A DNA stretch of 43,528 nt from a virus (Duplodnaviria > Caudoviricetes). The stretch covers positions 1 to 43,528 of the IMG/VR virus record IMGVR_UViG_3300013829_000002; one strand, given 5' to 3'. The translations under genes and the position numbers were made by a program. The stretch's first letter is position 1; every line of letters starts with the position of its first letter. The notes beneath the pieces were generated by a model, which had not been told where the DNA came from, did not search any database, and worked only from the letters and a program-made list of their open reading frames with translations. Shown here piece after piece: positions 7,215 to 17,117 of the stretch.

Positions 7215-8269
7215 ACTGTGATACTTCCTAACACAGGGATTTGGTAAGTGGTCAATGTCAAGTTACTTGCCACTGTGTTGATGGATGTTCCCGAAATATC
7301 AATGATTCCTTCAATTGCAAGCAGTCTTGTTTCAATCTGTGCTATTCTGACAATCAAGTTTCCTTGACTTGCCCATGCTGTTCTTAATTCAAGCATGTAA
7401 GCTTCCAATGCAGCAGTTGCCTGTGCTTGTAATGCCCCCCATGAATACCCAGTGTCAAATGTTAAGGTTGCAGCAATATTAACGGTCACTTCTTCAACTG
7501 TGTCCACTGTCACTGTGTGTCCAATAGGTGCAACACCCCAACCTTCACCTTGTGGTGTCGGGTCAATTGCAGCCTGAACCGCATCAATCAATATCTGTGT
7601 TGCCTGATCATAATTTGAATCAAGTATGGTAAGTTTCACAGTTCCACCACCATTCCACAGTGGTGTTACTTTGGTTGAACCTACACCTGCAAGTGAATTT
7701 GTTTTCGTCAGGTAATCGGTAATATTGCCACCATAGCTTTTTTCACCGAATGATGCAAAGTAACGCAGTCTGAAAGCTTCCGTTGCTTCTTCATCTTCAC
7801 CAGGAATAAGAACAGCTGTCAGTGCTGCTGTTTCAAGTCCTTCAATGTAATCAATGGGTATGATGTCATCAAGGTTTTGATTGCCAATTGTGCCTTCGGT
7901 TTCACATTGCACTCTGTAAATACCTGCTGAAATCATTTCAGTAACAATATAGTTCAATGAACCAAGGTTGAACCTTTTGTTCAGAACATCAATGCTTGTC
8001 GGTGTGAATTCGCCTTGCAATATTGCCTTTGTTGCAGGTTCAGGTTCAAGACCTCTTTCTTTTGCCCTTCTGATAAGATAATCCCTGGATGCAGTGTCAC
8101 CGAATGATTCATTCAGTATCATGTCAAATTGCATGTATGCCAGGGTAAGTTCTACCGCAGCAGGGGCAAGTGCATCAAAGATGATGCTGCCTTCACTCTT
8201 ATTCATAGTGTCAGGCACTCTGTCAAGCATCCTTTGCAAGATGACTTCATAAGTCATGTTTTCATACAT
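7211..8269 (-). CDS. Baseplate J-like protein (XkdT-like)
   Basis: EGSIIFDALAPAA, GGNITDY, WNGGGTVK, APIGHTVTV motifs. Confidence 0.9.
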   Translation of the reverse strand: MYENMTYEVILQRMLDRVPDTMNKSEGSIIFDALAPAAVELTLAYMQFDMILNESFGDTASRDYLIRRAKERGLEPEPATKAILQGEFTPTSIDVLNKRFNLGSLNYIVTEMISAGIYRVQCETEGTIGNQNLDDIIPIDYIEGLETAALTAVLIPGEDEEATEAFRLRYFASFGEKSYGGNITDYLTKTNSLAGVGSTKVTPLWNGGGTVKLTILDSNYDQATQILIDAVQAAIDPTPQGEGWGVAPIGHTVTVDTVEEVTVNIAATLTFDTGYSWGALQAQATAALEAYMLELRTAWASQGNLIVRIAQIETRLLAIEGIIDISGTSINTVASNLTLTTYQIPVLGSITV

Positions 8270-8670
8270 TAAAAATTCACCACCTTTTCTGTTTCAATAT
8301 CACCATAAATGGTGTGTACAATAAATTTGCATGTGATTTTCCCTTTCTCTGCTTCAAATGAAAAATTGTCAACACTGATAATTCTTTCATCCCAGGTCAA
8401 TGCTTCTGTAATTCTTCTTTTTAGTTCAGGTATCACATAACTTACTGGTTGACCGTAAAGATCAATAAGTTCAATCCCATAGTTCCATGAATATATAACA
8501 TACTGATACCTTTCAGTGTTCAATATGTTAAAAATCACTTGAACCATTGCATCCTGCTTGTCTGTATATCCAAGAATAATTGTTTCATCAAGATGCATCT
8601 TATATGTTTTGCTTGGTTGTTCTTCTATCACAAAATCCTGTGTAAGGAATCCAGTTGTTGACGGTATCAT
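8269..8670 (-). CDS. Baseplate wedge protein (XkdS/DUF2634-like)
   Basis: LNTERYQYVIYSWNYGIEL, ITEALTWDERI, TIYGD. Confidence 0.85.
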   Translation of the reverse strand: MIPSTTGFLTQDFVIEEQPSKTYKMHLDETIILGYTDKQDAMVQVIFNILNTERYQYVIYSWNYGIELIDLYGQPVSYVIPELKRRITEALTWDERIISVDNFSFEAEKGKITCKFIVHTIYGDIETEKVVNF

Positions 8671-9080
8671 GTGACCAACCTATCCCACACAATGTATTGC
8701 TGACCACCTTGCACCCTCAAAAGAATAACCATATCACCGACAACCAAGCTATTGTGAACAGTGATTTCTTTCTTTCCTTTGATCTGATGCTTATGTGTAT
8801 TATTTCCTGTGGTTGAACTGCTGCCATCATCAGTATAGGAATGATTGTGTGTCACATCCTCTGTATAGTGGTCAACAGTTATGTTGGTTTTGAAGTCTGT
8901 CACATTCCTTGTCATAATCAACTGTGCTTCTGTCAAGGTCAGCTTCTGTTCAATATTTATTTTCAGTGGGGTGATGGAAGTCACCTTTCCAAACAGCACC
9001 ACACAAGGTTTTGAAGCTTCAACCGCTTCCAAAGCTGCCTTCTTTATTGATTCAATTAGATTAGGCAATGAACTCACCAC
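8667..9080 (-). CDS. Baseplate spike-like protein (XkdR/DUF2577-like)
   Basis: GKVTSITPLKI, LVVGDMVILLRVQGGQQYIV; His-rich insertion. Confidence 0.8.
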   Translation of the reverse strand: MVSSLPNLIESIKKAALEAVEASKPCVVLFGKVTSITPLKINIEQKLTLTEAQLIMTRNVTDFKTNITVDHYTEDVTHNHSYTDDGSSSTTGNNTHKHQIKGKKEITVHNSLVVGDMVILLRVQGGQQYIVWDRLVT

Positions 9081-10020
9081 CCCTCAATGTTAATTCCATT
9101 CTGTGTTCACTTTCGTTGAAAGTGTGTTTGCACCTTTCAACAAGCATGAAATTCTGAACCGATACATCACCCAAGTTCAAATTCACAACCAACATGCTTC
9201 CTGCTCTGACCTTTAAGTTCCCAAGGGCATTTGTGATTTTCAGGTTTCTTGTCTTTGCATTGTAAAGTGACAGCAATGCATTGACCTTTGCCTGACCATT
9301 TTCACCTTCGGATATAGTGTCATAATATTGCAGGATGCCCCAGTTGTTTATGTTGTTTGAATCCTGTGCAATGTAAACTTCTCTTTTTCCTGTTTTTTCG
9401 TTCTCATACACCAACTTGATTTTGTTATAGGTCTGTGAATCAATTGTTGATGTGTAGTCAAAGTTTTCACCTGTTTCTTCATCAATGACCACACCAACCT
9501 TCATTCTTTCAAGTTCCTTCAATGACAGCTTCCCAAAGTCATCATACAAAACATACATGGTCTTTTTATTTGTCAGTTCCAAGTCCAGTGCATTCTGAAT
9601 CATGTCAATCAAAGCTGTGTTGTCCTCAACCCTGGATGCTATGATGTAACTTGTATTTTCAACTGTTCCAAGGTTCAGGTTGTAGTCATTGGCAACCATC
9701 TTGATGAAGTCTGATGCTGTCTTGTTTGTGTACACATATGTGTCTTTGTTTTTCAAATACCGCAGTTGATCATATGCTGTGACAGTGATGTTCTGCTGCT
9801 TGTCACGCTTCTTTGAGAAGATGAAGCCATAAAACACTTTGACACCATCAACAACCAATCTGACAGGGTTTCCTTCTGTGAAGCTGATGTTTTGGTCTTT
9901 GATGACTGTGAAGGTCAGCTTGCCAGGTGAACCTTTTCTTTCTGTATCCCATGCAATGCCTTCCTGCACAATGGGGGAGTACACTTTGCTTCCGTTCTGT
10001 ATCAATAATTCAACATTCAA
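9061..10020 (-). CDS. Baseplate hub / tail protein (XkdQ-like)
   Basis: RKGSPGKLTF, TAYDQLRYLKNKDT, WGILQY motifs. Confidence 0.85.
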   Translation of the reverse strand: MNVELLIQNGSKVYSPIVQEGIAWDTERKGSPGKLTFTVIKDQNISFTEGNPVRLVVDGVKVFYGFIFSKKRDKQQNITVTAYDQLRYLKNKDTYVYTNKTASDFIKMVANDYNLNLGTVENTSYIIASRVEDNTALIDMIQNALDLELTNKKTMYVLYDDFGKLSLKELERMKVGVVIDEETGENFDYTSTIDSQTYNKIKLVYENEKTGKREVYIAQDSNNINNWGILQYYDTISEGENGQAKVNALLSLYNAKTRNLKITNALGNLKVRAGSMLVVNLNLGDVSVQNFMLVERCKHTFNESEHRMELTLRGGEFIA

Positions 10021-10033
10021 AGCATCACCCCCC

Positions 10034-10711
10034 TTATACAGGTAAGGTCAGAACTTGACCTATTTGTATTATATTAGGGTTTTTCAAAATGCCTTTGTTC
10101 GCTTCAAAAACTTTGGGATACAAAGAACCGTTCCCATAGTATTTTTTAGCAATACCCCAAAGTGTATCACCTTTTTTCACTGTGTATGTCTTTGGTTGTG
10201 TCTTTGGTGCAGGGGATGATTCAGCAGGTCTTGTGTTCTGCACTGTTGCAACTGGTTTTTCCTGTTTGATGGTCACATTGACAGTCTTTGTTTCATAATC
10301 TCTGTATTGTTTCAACTTGACTTCAACATTCACATCAAATCCATTTTTGGTATCCTCAATTATTTTGTAATCTTCCAAGCTGACCTTGATATTAGTATCA
10401 AACATCAGCTTCCCATTCGGAAATGCTCTTGACACTATGAACTGGAATGGTTTCTGACTTGTCTTTAATTGTTCCAGTTTATCAAGGAAAACATCTGCTT
10501 TTTGAAAACCGCTTTTGTACACCGCAAAAGGATACCTTGTTTGTGGTAACAAAGCTGTGAATGATATGTCTGTCAAACCTGCTTTCTTCAAAACATTGAT
10601 TTCACCTTCATTGATAAGAACCAAGGTTCTGTTCTTGTTATCTATGCTGATGGAAAGTTTTGAAGGGGTAACAGGTAACAGCATTGAATCTATATAAAAA
10701 TCATAAGCCAT
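10034..10711 (-). CDS. LysM-domain tail tube initiator (XkdP-like)
   Basis: LPVTPSKL N-terminus; C-terminal LysM YTVKKGDTLWGIAKKYYG. Confidence 0.88.
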   Translation of the reverse strand: MAYDFYIDSMLLPVTPSKLSISIDNKNRTLVLINEGEINVLKKAGLTDISFTALLPQTRYPFAVYKSGFQKADVFLDKLEQLKTSQKPFQFIVSRAFPNGKLMFDTNIKVSLEDYKIIEDTKNGFDVNVEVKLKQYRDYETKTVNVTIKQEKPVATVQNTRPAESSPAPKTQPKTYTVKKGDTLWGIAKKYYGNGSLYPKVFEANKGILKNPNIIQIGQVLTLPV

Positions 10712-13014
10712 TATTTATGCACCCCTTCCGCAACCGTTTCAAGTGTTTCATTGACCTTTTCTTCAAGGTAAGCAACAACACCGTCAAGGTCAACTTCTGA
10801 ATTAGCAGCTTTGATGTCAGAAGAAAAGTTCACTGTAAGTTCAGCAGTAGTGAACCTATTGACCGCATCCCTTTCAGCCAGATCACGAATATATTTCAAT
10901 TCTTCACCTGATAATTCAACTGAACCTGCAATGCTGCCTGTGTCATCTGCTATGTTGGACAGGTACTGTGACATGTCAAACCCTGCACTGTCATAAGAAC
11001 CTGAATCAGGTGCAGTCATACCGAACTTGTCAAGAATAGCACCCATGGAAAGGTTATTGTCCATCCAGTCACTTATTCCTGCACCAACTTCTGCACCTGC
11101 TGCATAAGCATCAGAACCCCATCCTTTTTCAAAAGTGTCAAAGGTATCAAATGCATCACCAACATTGCCATAATCATATGTGTTGTAAGCTTCTGTAACA
11201 TTTTCATATTCGTATGTGTTGAATCCTCTATCCCAGGCATCACCAATACTTTCATATTCGTATTTTGAAGCTTCCAGTTCAGCCATCTTCTGTGTGTAAC
11301 CGTTGACAGCATTTGTGATTCCTGATGTGGAAATATCAACACCAGGTATCTTGTTCAGCCATTCAATAGCAGTCTTAACACCTTCAACAATTGCCTTGAT
11401 CACACCCCAAAAGCCAAGCTGAATGTTTATCCAGGCATTTTGGAAAGCACCCATGACATTACCTGCACAGGCTTTCAGCACTTCCCAAATTCCAAGACCA
11501 AGATTTGCAAACCAAAGACCAGTGTTCTTGATTACTGCCCACACTGACAATCCCAAATTTGCGAACCAAAGTCCTATATTTTTTATAACTTCCCATGCTG
11601 CAATACCAAGATTTGCAATCCACAGTCCAATGTTTTTGAATAATGCACCAAGCCAAAATATTGCACCCATGATTTCTTCTGTAAAAATAACGAACAGAAC
11701 AATCAAGGCAAGGATCGCTGCAATTATCCAAACAATGGGGCAAGCAAATAAAGCACTGTTGAAACTCCACTGTGCAGCAGTTCCTGCAATGGTTGAACCT
11801 GTCAATCCTGCTGTCACACCAATTGCAATGCCTTTTATTCCTGTATATCCTGCTTCCGCTGCTGCTGCAACTCCAACAGATGCTGCATGAAGAAGTGTTG
11901 CCACCTTCCAAGCTGCCATTGCTGCAACCACACCCCAAATGATAGGTTCAAGGGTTGACCAGTTCTCATATGCCCATGAACCAATGGATGCAATGATGTC
12001 AAAGACTTCAATTGCAATTGCTGCAATCACTGTCAATGCATTGGTTACACCTGTAATAAGTTGGTTGAATTGCTCTGTGTTCGCAATCTCATTCAGCTTC
12101 TTCAATATCGGTTGAAATTGTATCAGTGCCTGATTCTTGATGGAAGTCCACACCTGACCAAATGTAAGTGGTAAGTTGTTGAACCTTTGTTCAATTTCAT
12201 CAGCGGAACTGAACAATGCTGATTTTATGACATCAGCGGTCAAAAGTCCTTCTGATGCCCAGTCTTTCATTGAACCAGTCACACCCTGAACATTTATCAT
12301 GTAATCTTCAATTGCTTTTGCAAGCAAGGGGGCATTTTCAATGATGCTTCTGTATTCATCACCTTGCAACCTTCCTGATGCCATTGCCTGTGTCAACTGG
12401 TACATTGCAGAAGCCTGTTCTGTTGCGGATGCACCACCAATAATGAAGTTCTTATTCATCAGTTCCTGGAAGGCAATGATTTCATCATTACCACTGAATG
12501 CTTTACCTGCAAGCAGACCAAGCTTTGAAACTGTGTTGATCGTATCCTGATAATTTGCCCTTGAACGCTGTGCAGAAGCAAATATCTTATCTTCTAATTC
12601 CTGGACAGTACCGCCATCATCCACAATAAGGGATAACCTTGCTTCGGATAAAGCCAAAGTGTCAGACAAGTCTATTACTTCGGTGACAGCTTTCCATGAC
12701 AAGTATGCAGCAGCCATCTTTTTAACTGTTGACAGCAGTTTATTACTGTTTGTGACACCACCATTCAAGGATTCGTTGAATTTTTCTTGTTGGTCAGTGT
12801 TGTTCTTGATGTTTTCCACCACTTCATTCAGTTCAACATTCGCTGCATTTATTCTTTCCCTTACACCGTCAAAATCACCTGCATCAAAAGCAGAATTTGC
12901 TTTGGATTCGATTGATTCAAATGCACTTACTGTCATGTTCAAAGCTTGCGTTATATTCATCAGTGGGGAAGTCATCATATCTGTCAATCTTATTGCTGTT
13001 TGAATAGTTGCCAC
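10711..13014 (-). CDS. Tail tape measure protein
   Basis: QLTQAMASGRLQGDEYRSI tape-measure motif, hydrophobic core, Trp-periodic repeats; probable GTG start at 13014 (track start 13023). Confidence 0.9.
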   Translation of the reverse strand: MATIQTAIRLTDMMTSPLMNITQALNMTVSAFESIESKANSAFDAGDFDGVRERINAANVELNEVVENIKNNTDQQEKFNESLNGGVTNSNKLLSTVKKMAAAYLSWKAVTEVIDLSDTLALSEARLSLIVDDGGTVQELEDKIFASAQRSRANYQDTINTVSKLGLLAGKAFSGNDEIIAFQELMNKNFIIGGASATEQASAMYQLTQAMASGRLQGDEYRSIIENAPLLAKAIEDYMINVQGVTGSMKDWASEGLLTADVIKSALFSSADEIEQRFNNLPLTFGQVWTSIKNQALIQFQPILKKLNEIANTEQFNQLITGVTNALTVIAAIAIEVFDIIASIGSWAYENWSTLEPIIWGVVAAMAAWKVATLLHAASVGVAAAAEAGYTGIKGIAIGVTAGLTGSTIAGTAAQWSFNSALFACPIVWIIAAILALIVLFVIFTEEIMGAIFWLGALFKNIGLWIANLGIAAWEVIKNIGLWFANLGLSVWAVIKNTGLWFANLGLGIWEVLKACAGNVMGAFQNAWINIQLGFWGVIKAIVEGVKTAIEWLNKIPGVDISTSGITNAVNGYTQKMAELEASKYEYESIGDAWDRGFNTYEYENVTEAYNTYDYGNVGDAFDTFDTFEKGWGSDAYAAGAEVGAGISDWMDNNLSMGAILDKFGMTAPDSGSYDSAGFDMSQYLSNIADDTGSIAGSVELSGEELKYIRDLAERDAVNRFTTAELTVNFSSDIKAANSEVDLDGVVAYLEEKVNETLETVAEGVHK

Positions 13015-13044
13015 ATGTATCACCTGCCTTTCTTGTCAAGGATA

Positions 13045-13236
13045 TTATTTCTTTTTCGCCCTTTTTATTTTACTGGTTTCAGCTTTTTCAGCATCCATCT
13101 TGATTTTTATGGATGCAATGATGAAAGCTTTTTCCTGGATGTCAAGGGCAACAAAAACAGAAGGCAACATATGCAACCTATGCAAGCAATAATGGGCAAA
13201 GACTGCATCACCATCACCTTCTTCTATTAGTTTTTT
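13045..13236 (-). CDS. -1 frameshift extension of tail assembly chaperone (gpT-like)
   Basis: A AAA AAC slippery heptamer (13230-13236) right before the chaperone stop; -1 frame open for 61 codons (LIEEGDGDAVFAHYCLHRLHMLPS...KKK). Confidence 0.8.
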   Translation of the reverse strand, partial: KKLIEEGDGDAVFAHYCLHRLHMLPSVFVALDIQEKAFIIASIKIKMDAEKAETSKIKRAKKK

Positions 13237-13658
13237 GCTTCTTCAACCTTGTCATCCATACTTGTATTAAACCCATTGAATTCCTGAATGAATGCAGCAA
13301 AGTCATTGTATTCACCAGGATCATCAATCATTTCTTTCAAAAGTTCTTCGGGTGTTTTAACACCGTAACTGTCCTGTAATTCTGCATCAAACAGATTTGG
13401 GAATGCAATTGATGCAACCATCATCTTTGCAAGGTACTGTGAAGTGTTCAGCTTCGGTCTGAACATGTTTGGTTTCCCTTTCACAGGAACTTCAATCATG
13501 CAGGATTCACGAATGCTTTCACTGTCCTTTGTAGTCAGCGGTTTCACTTCCCAAAGCAGGGCATTCCCCTTTTCGTCACAAAGTGACCTGGTTGCAGCAT
13601 AGGTTGTATTCTCTTTTTGGATTTTGTTTTGTTTCAAAAACATTTTAAGTTCTGACAT
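13227..13658 (-). CDS. Tail assembly chaperone (XkdN-like)
   Basis: FPNLFDAELQDSYGV, DPGEY, VEEAKN; start MSELK after AAAGGTGG (track start 13712). Confidence 0.85.
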   Translation of the reverse strand: MSELKMFLKQNKIQKENTTYAATRSLCDEKGNALLWEVKPLTTKDSESIRESCMIEVPVKGKPNMFRPKLNTSQYLAKMMVASIAFPNLFDAELQDSYGVKTPEELLKEMIDDPGEYNDFAAFIQEFNGFNTSMDDKVEEAKN

Positions 13659-13685
13659 AATATCCACCTTTCTTTTCAACATAAT

Positions 13686-13737
13686 GAAAAAATGCCCCCT
13701 GGATGTTCGCACAAGACCGAACTATCCAGGGGGCATA
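13686..13737 (-). terminator. Rho-independent terminator after tail tube gene
   Basis: ATGCCCCCTGGAT/ATCCAGGGGGCAT stem with inner GTTCG/CGAAC, followed by a T-run on the minus strand. Confidence 0.8.
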
Positions 13738-13748
13738 ATACTTGTGTT

Positions 13749-14225
13749 TTACTGCATCCCAGGAAGCAAAGTAAAGCTTTCAGGCATCTTGAAGTCCTCA
13801 AATGTGAAGTCAATATCTTCATCAAGGTATTCACCATCAGCATCAAACTTTGCAAGGATACCACCGTCAGTGTTGCAGTCCATAAATACAATGGTCTGCC
13901 TTCCTGCTGCACTTGTCGGGTCATCATTGGTGACCTGAATTTCAAAGTATATATCTTCACCAGTGTCTTTGTACCTTTGCAGAAGGGTTCTGAAAATAGA
14001 CTGGTTATAATGTGCAGTAGCAGAACCGCTGCCTTTCCAACCAGTTGCCTTGTTACCAATTCCAGTCTTACCCAGTATGGGAACTTCGGTCTTGTTCTTC
14101 TCAAAGGATGCTTCAAAGTTTATCATCTGCATGAAGTTGTATCTGTTTCCTTCAATCGTGATGAAACATTCAGCAAGTTTTGCTGATACTGCATCTTTGC
14201 CTTTCATGACAATATTGTTAATCAT
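13749..14225 (-). CDS. Tail tube protein (XkdM-like)
   Basis: EVPILGK..GWKGSGS, IQVTNDDPTS..GRQT, FTFEDF. Confidence 0.9.
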   Translation of the reverse strand: MINNIVMKGKDAVSAKLAECFITIEGNRYNFMQMINFEASFEKNKTEVPILGKTGIGNKATGWKGSGSATAHYNQSIFRTLLQRYKDTGEDIYFEIQVTNDDPTSAAGRQTIVFMDCNTDGGILAKFDADGEYLDEDIDFTFEDFKMPESFTLLPGMQ

Positions 14226-14243
14226 AGCATTTTACCCCCTTCC

Positions 14244-15542
14244 TTATTGTACAATGCATGTCATATAAAGCTGAACCATTGTATTCACAACAGTCACAAC
14301 ATCATTGACCACCACTGATTTCTTTGTATTTCCCTGTGCAACCGTCACATCAGCATCACTGAAATCTTCAATTGCTCTGATGCTCTGTAACTGCTCATGA
14401 TGCTTGACAATATCTGCCCAAAGACTGATTCTGCCTGATGCATCATTCGGAACAACACCAAGGTATTTTGTATTGAACAATGTTGCAATGTCATTTGCAA
14501 TTTGGTCAATAACTCTGATTGTCTGATTGTCCTTGAAGATGTCACCCTTGTCAGCAGTTGTGGTGACAAGACAATTAATATCTTCAAGCACTCTGACCGA
14601 ATCACCAACCGCATGGAAGATGAACTTCCCTGCAAGCAGTGCAGCTTCAAGTTCGGTCTGTGTGTAGACCACATTGACGGTATATTCACCGTTGTACAGT
14701 CTGTTGGTCAAGGACTTGTTGATCGGACACCCTGCCAAAGCACCGCCCACCCAGTAAACCATTTCAGTGGTTGTGTTGTTCTCAACAGAAACAACACCTT
14801 CATAGTCAGCAGTTGTGTATTTGTGAATGACACACTGGAACTTAACCCCGATTTCATCACGCATACGCTTTGTGAAATTGTAGTACAACCCCTTTGTGGT
14901 GTTGTCATCCGAATCACAAATCAGCACATTGAAAGCATAAGCTTCCAAAGCACCAAGTGCAGTTGAATGATTTGCACCAATAACAGTTGCATTTTCACCG
15001 CCTGTCATTGCTGTTCCTGCTGTGTTTGTAATTGCAACATCAGATTTCCAAACAACAAAGTCATTGTCAGCAAGTGCATCTGTCTTTCCTGATGTAAGAA
15101 TCGTCTGACTGTCAACAAGCTGACTGCCAACAAAGGTCTTTACATCAGATTTGGTTGCATCATCAACATTTGTTGCAATAACAACCGTAATGCCATTACC
15201 CCTTGTACCTGCATGTTTTGCAGTTCCAAAAGTGTTTTCTGCCTTCACACCAGTTCCCAATCTGTACACGAACACTTTGACAGCATTCATGAAGATTTCA
15301 CGCAAAGGTTTCATTTCATCATCAGTGTAAGAGTATCCAAACAGCTTAAAGCAATTCTTTTGGAAGTCACCCTTTTCAACTGTGATGACAGCAGCTTCCT
15401 GACCCCATTTAAGTTCCAGGGGAATTGCAACTATACCACGATCAGACAGTTCTGCACTTGCGGAAGCTGCACTGATTACATTGATATAACTGCCAGGAAG
15501 TATTTTATTTTGTGTTACAAAAGTACCACCGCCCAGTGCCAT
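14244..15542 (-). CDS. Tail sheath protein (XkdK-like)
   Basis: MALGGGTFVTQNKILPGSYIN, NQTIRVIDQIAND, GVVPNDASGR. Confidence 0.92.
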   Translation of the reverse strand: MALGGGTFVTQNKILPGSYINVISAASASAELSDRGIVAIPLELKWGQEAAVITVEKGDFQKNCFKLFGYSYTDDEMKPLREIFMNAVKVFVYRLGTGVKAENTFGTAKHAGTRGNGITVVIATNVDDATKSDVKTFVGSQLVDSQTILTSGKTDALADNDFVVWKSDVAITNTAGTAMTGGENATVIGANHSTALGALEAYAFNVLICDSDDNTTKGLYYNFTKRMRDEIGVKFQCVIHKYTTADYEGVVSVENNTTTEMVYWVGGALAGCPINKSLTNRLYNGEYTVNVVYTQTELEAALLAGKFIFHAVGDSVRVLEDINCLVTTTADKGDIFKDNQTIRVIDQIANDIATLFNTKYLGVVPNDASGRISLWADIVKHHEQLQSIRAIEDFSDADVTVAQGNTKKSVVVNDVVTVVNTMVQLYMTCIVQ

Positions 15543-15543
15543 A

Positions 15544-15735
15544 TTATTTCACCTTACCTTTCAAATATTTTTCCACCTTGGAAACCACTTCTTCAAGTGT
15601 GTATTCTTTGCCATCTTCCAAGATAGTGTTCAGCAAATCTTTTTGACCGCTGAACCTTTTGGATTCCACCAACTGACTTTTTGAAAACTTAATTTCAATA
15701 ACATCAGCTTCTTTTTCTTTGTTTTCTTTTGCCAT
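15544..15735 (-). CDS. Hypothetical protein
   Basis: Operon-packed ORF with RBS between tail terminator and sheath. Confidence 0.7.
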   Translation of the reverse strand: MAKENKEKEADVIEIKFSKSQLVESKRFSGQKDLLNTILEDGKEYTLEEVVSKVEKYLKGKVK

Positions 15736-15754
15736 ATCTCACATCATCCTTTCA

Positions 15755-16210
15755 TTACTTCAAATCGGATTTTTGAACCACTTCTTCCATCAGGTCTGCA
15801 TCCTCAACCTTGTAAACAAACATGTTGAAGTTCACAAGGAAGTTCAGAACACCATCAACTAATTCACCACGCATGTTTGTTCCCCTGACCAGGCTTTCCT
15901 TGACTGTTTCATTAAGAAGTGTTTCCTTGATTGTGATTGTTTCCAGTGCAAGGTATAAGCTTTCAAGAACCGCATTTGTTTCACTTTTCAGTTCTTCGGA
16001 TGCAGGGAAGTACAGGATGGAAAACAAGTTGTTCCTGAAATATCGGTTGCCCAACACCTGATTGCTGATGGGATTCACACACATCACCGAAAAACAAGGT
16101 TCTTTCAGATCCTGGTTCTTCAATTCAGTATAAATTTCATACCCATCACCGAATGATTCATTTAATTTTTCACATATACCATCAATAATTTTGTTTATCA
16201 TTTGAAGCAT
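15755..16210 (-). CDS. Tail terminator-like protein
   Basis: Position; QDLKEPCF and VDGVLNF motifs. Confidence 0.7.
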   Translation of the reverse strand: MLQMINKIIDGICEKLNESFGDGYEIYTELKNQDLKEPCFSVMCVNPISNQVLGNRYFRNNLFSILYFPASEELKSETNAVLESLYLALETITIKETLLNETVKESLVRGTNMRGELVDGVLNFLVNFNMFVYKVEDADLMEEVVQKSDLK

Positions 16211-16776
16211 TCCCCCAGGTATTTATTTAACTTGTTTTCAATCACCCTTGGTGCATCAGCTTCAAGTTCTTGTTCTGAAATAGTCAGCATGAATTTACCT
16301 TCAACCCAACCTTTATGGTTAGCAGTTCTGTGACCAAATTCAACATAGGATGCATAATGGACAGGGTTTATCACTTCGATTGTGTAAGCATTGTCAACTT
16401 TCCTTATAACAAGTGAATTTGCATATTCAATTGCATCTGCACCCCTGCCTGTACCACTTTCCGCTTCTGCTTCGGTTTTAGCTGTCCAACCCCTTCTAAG
16501 TGTGCCACCTTTCTTGACCACCTGCTTCTTGACTTTGCCTTTGTTCTTTCCGCTTTTCAATCGGATAGCTTCACCTGCATCATCACGCATGATGGACTTT
16601 CCATACTCACCAACAGGTGTTCTTTTGATGACTTTAGCCAGTAACCTTGCAGCAAGTTCTTTGGCACATGAAGTAATGAATATCTGAACCTGTTCATCAC
16701 TGAACTGTTTTAACTTATCCCTGAACTGTTCAAGACCTTGGATGTCAACTTTCACATTCCTGCTCATTATGACCAC
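16198..16776 (-). CDS. HK97 gp10-like neck/tail protein
   Basis: RTPVG, GTLRRGW, YASYVEFGHRT, WVEGKFML. Confidence 0.85.
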   Translation of the reverse strand: MVIMSRNVKVDIQGLEQFRDKLKQFSDEQVQIFITSCAKELAARLLAKVIKRTPVGEYGKSIMRDDAGEAIRLKSGKNKGKVKKQVVKKGGTLRRGWTAKTEAEAESGTGRGADAIEYANSLVIRKVDNAYTIEVINPVHYASYVEFGHRTANHKGWVEGKFMLTISEQELEADAPRVIENKLNKYLGECFK

Positions 16777-17117
16777 CCATCAAACAGTTCAAGCATCACT
16801 TCTTGGTGTGAAGGGTATATACCAGGTTCACCGCTGTTCTTGTATTCAATAGTTCTTCCTTGATGTTCAACGATTATTTTTGATCCTGGTTTTATGGTGA
16901 TGTCAGGTGAAATGAAAAGCTTCACCACCTGTGTAACCATTTCAGCACTTGCGGTTTCTGTGTTGCTCTTAACAGTAGAATAGGACAATTTACAGGGTTG
17001 ATTTTGAAGAACGGTATATTCTCTTTGTCCAGTGGATTTGTTTGCCTTTTTGTAAGACCTGTATTCCACAATTGAACATTTATCTTTGTACAGGCTTTCA
17101 ATAGCTTTTCTTACCAT
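16767..17117 (-). CDS. Head-tail adaptor / head closure protein
   Basis: QPCKLS, KLFISPDITIKPGSKI, YPSHQE; position. Confidence 0.75.
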   Translation of the reverse strand: MVRKAIESLYKDKCSIVEYRSYKKANKSTGQREYTVLQNQPCKLSYSTVKSNTETASAEMVTQVVKLFISPDITIKPGSKIIVEHQGRTIEYKNSGEPGIYPSHQEVMLELFDGWS

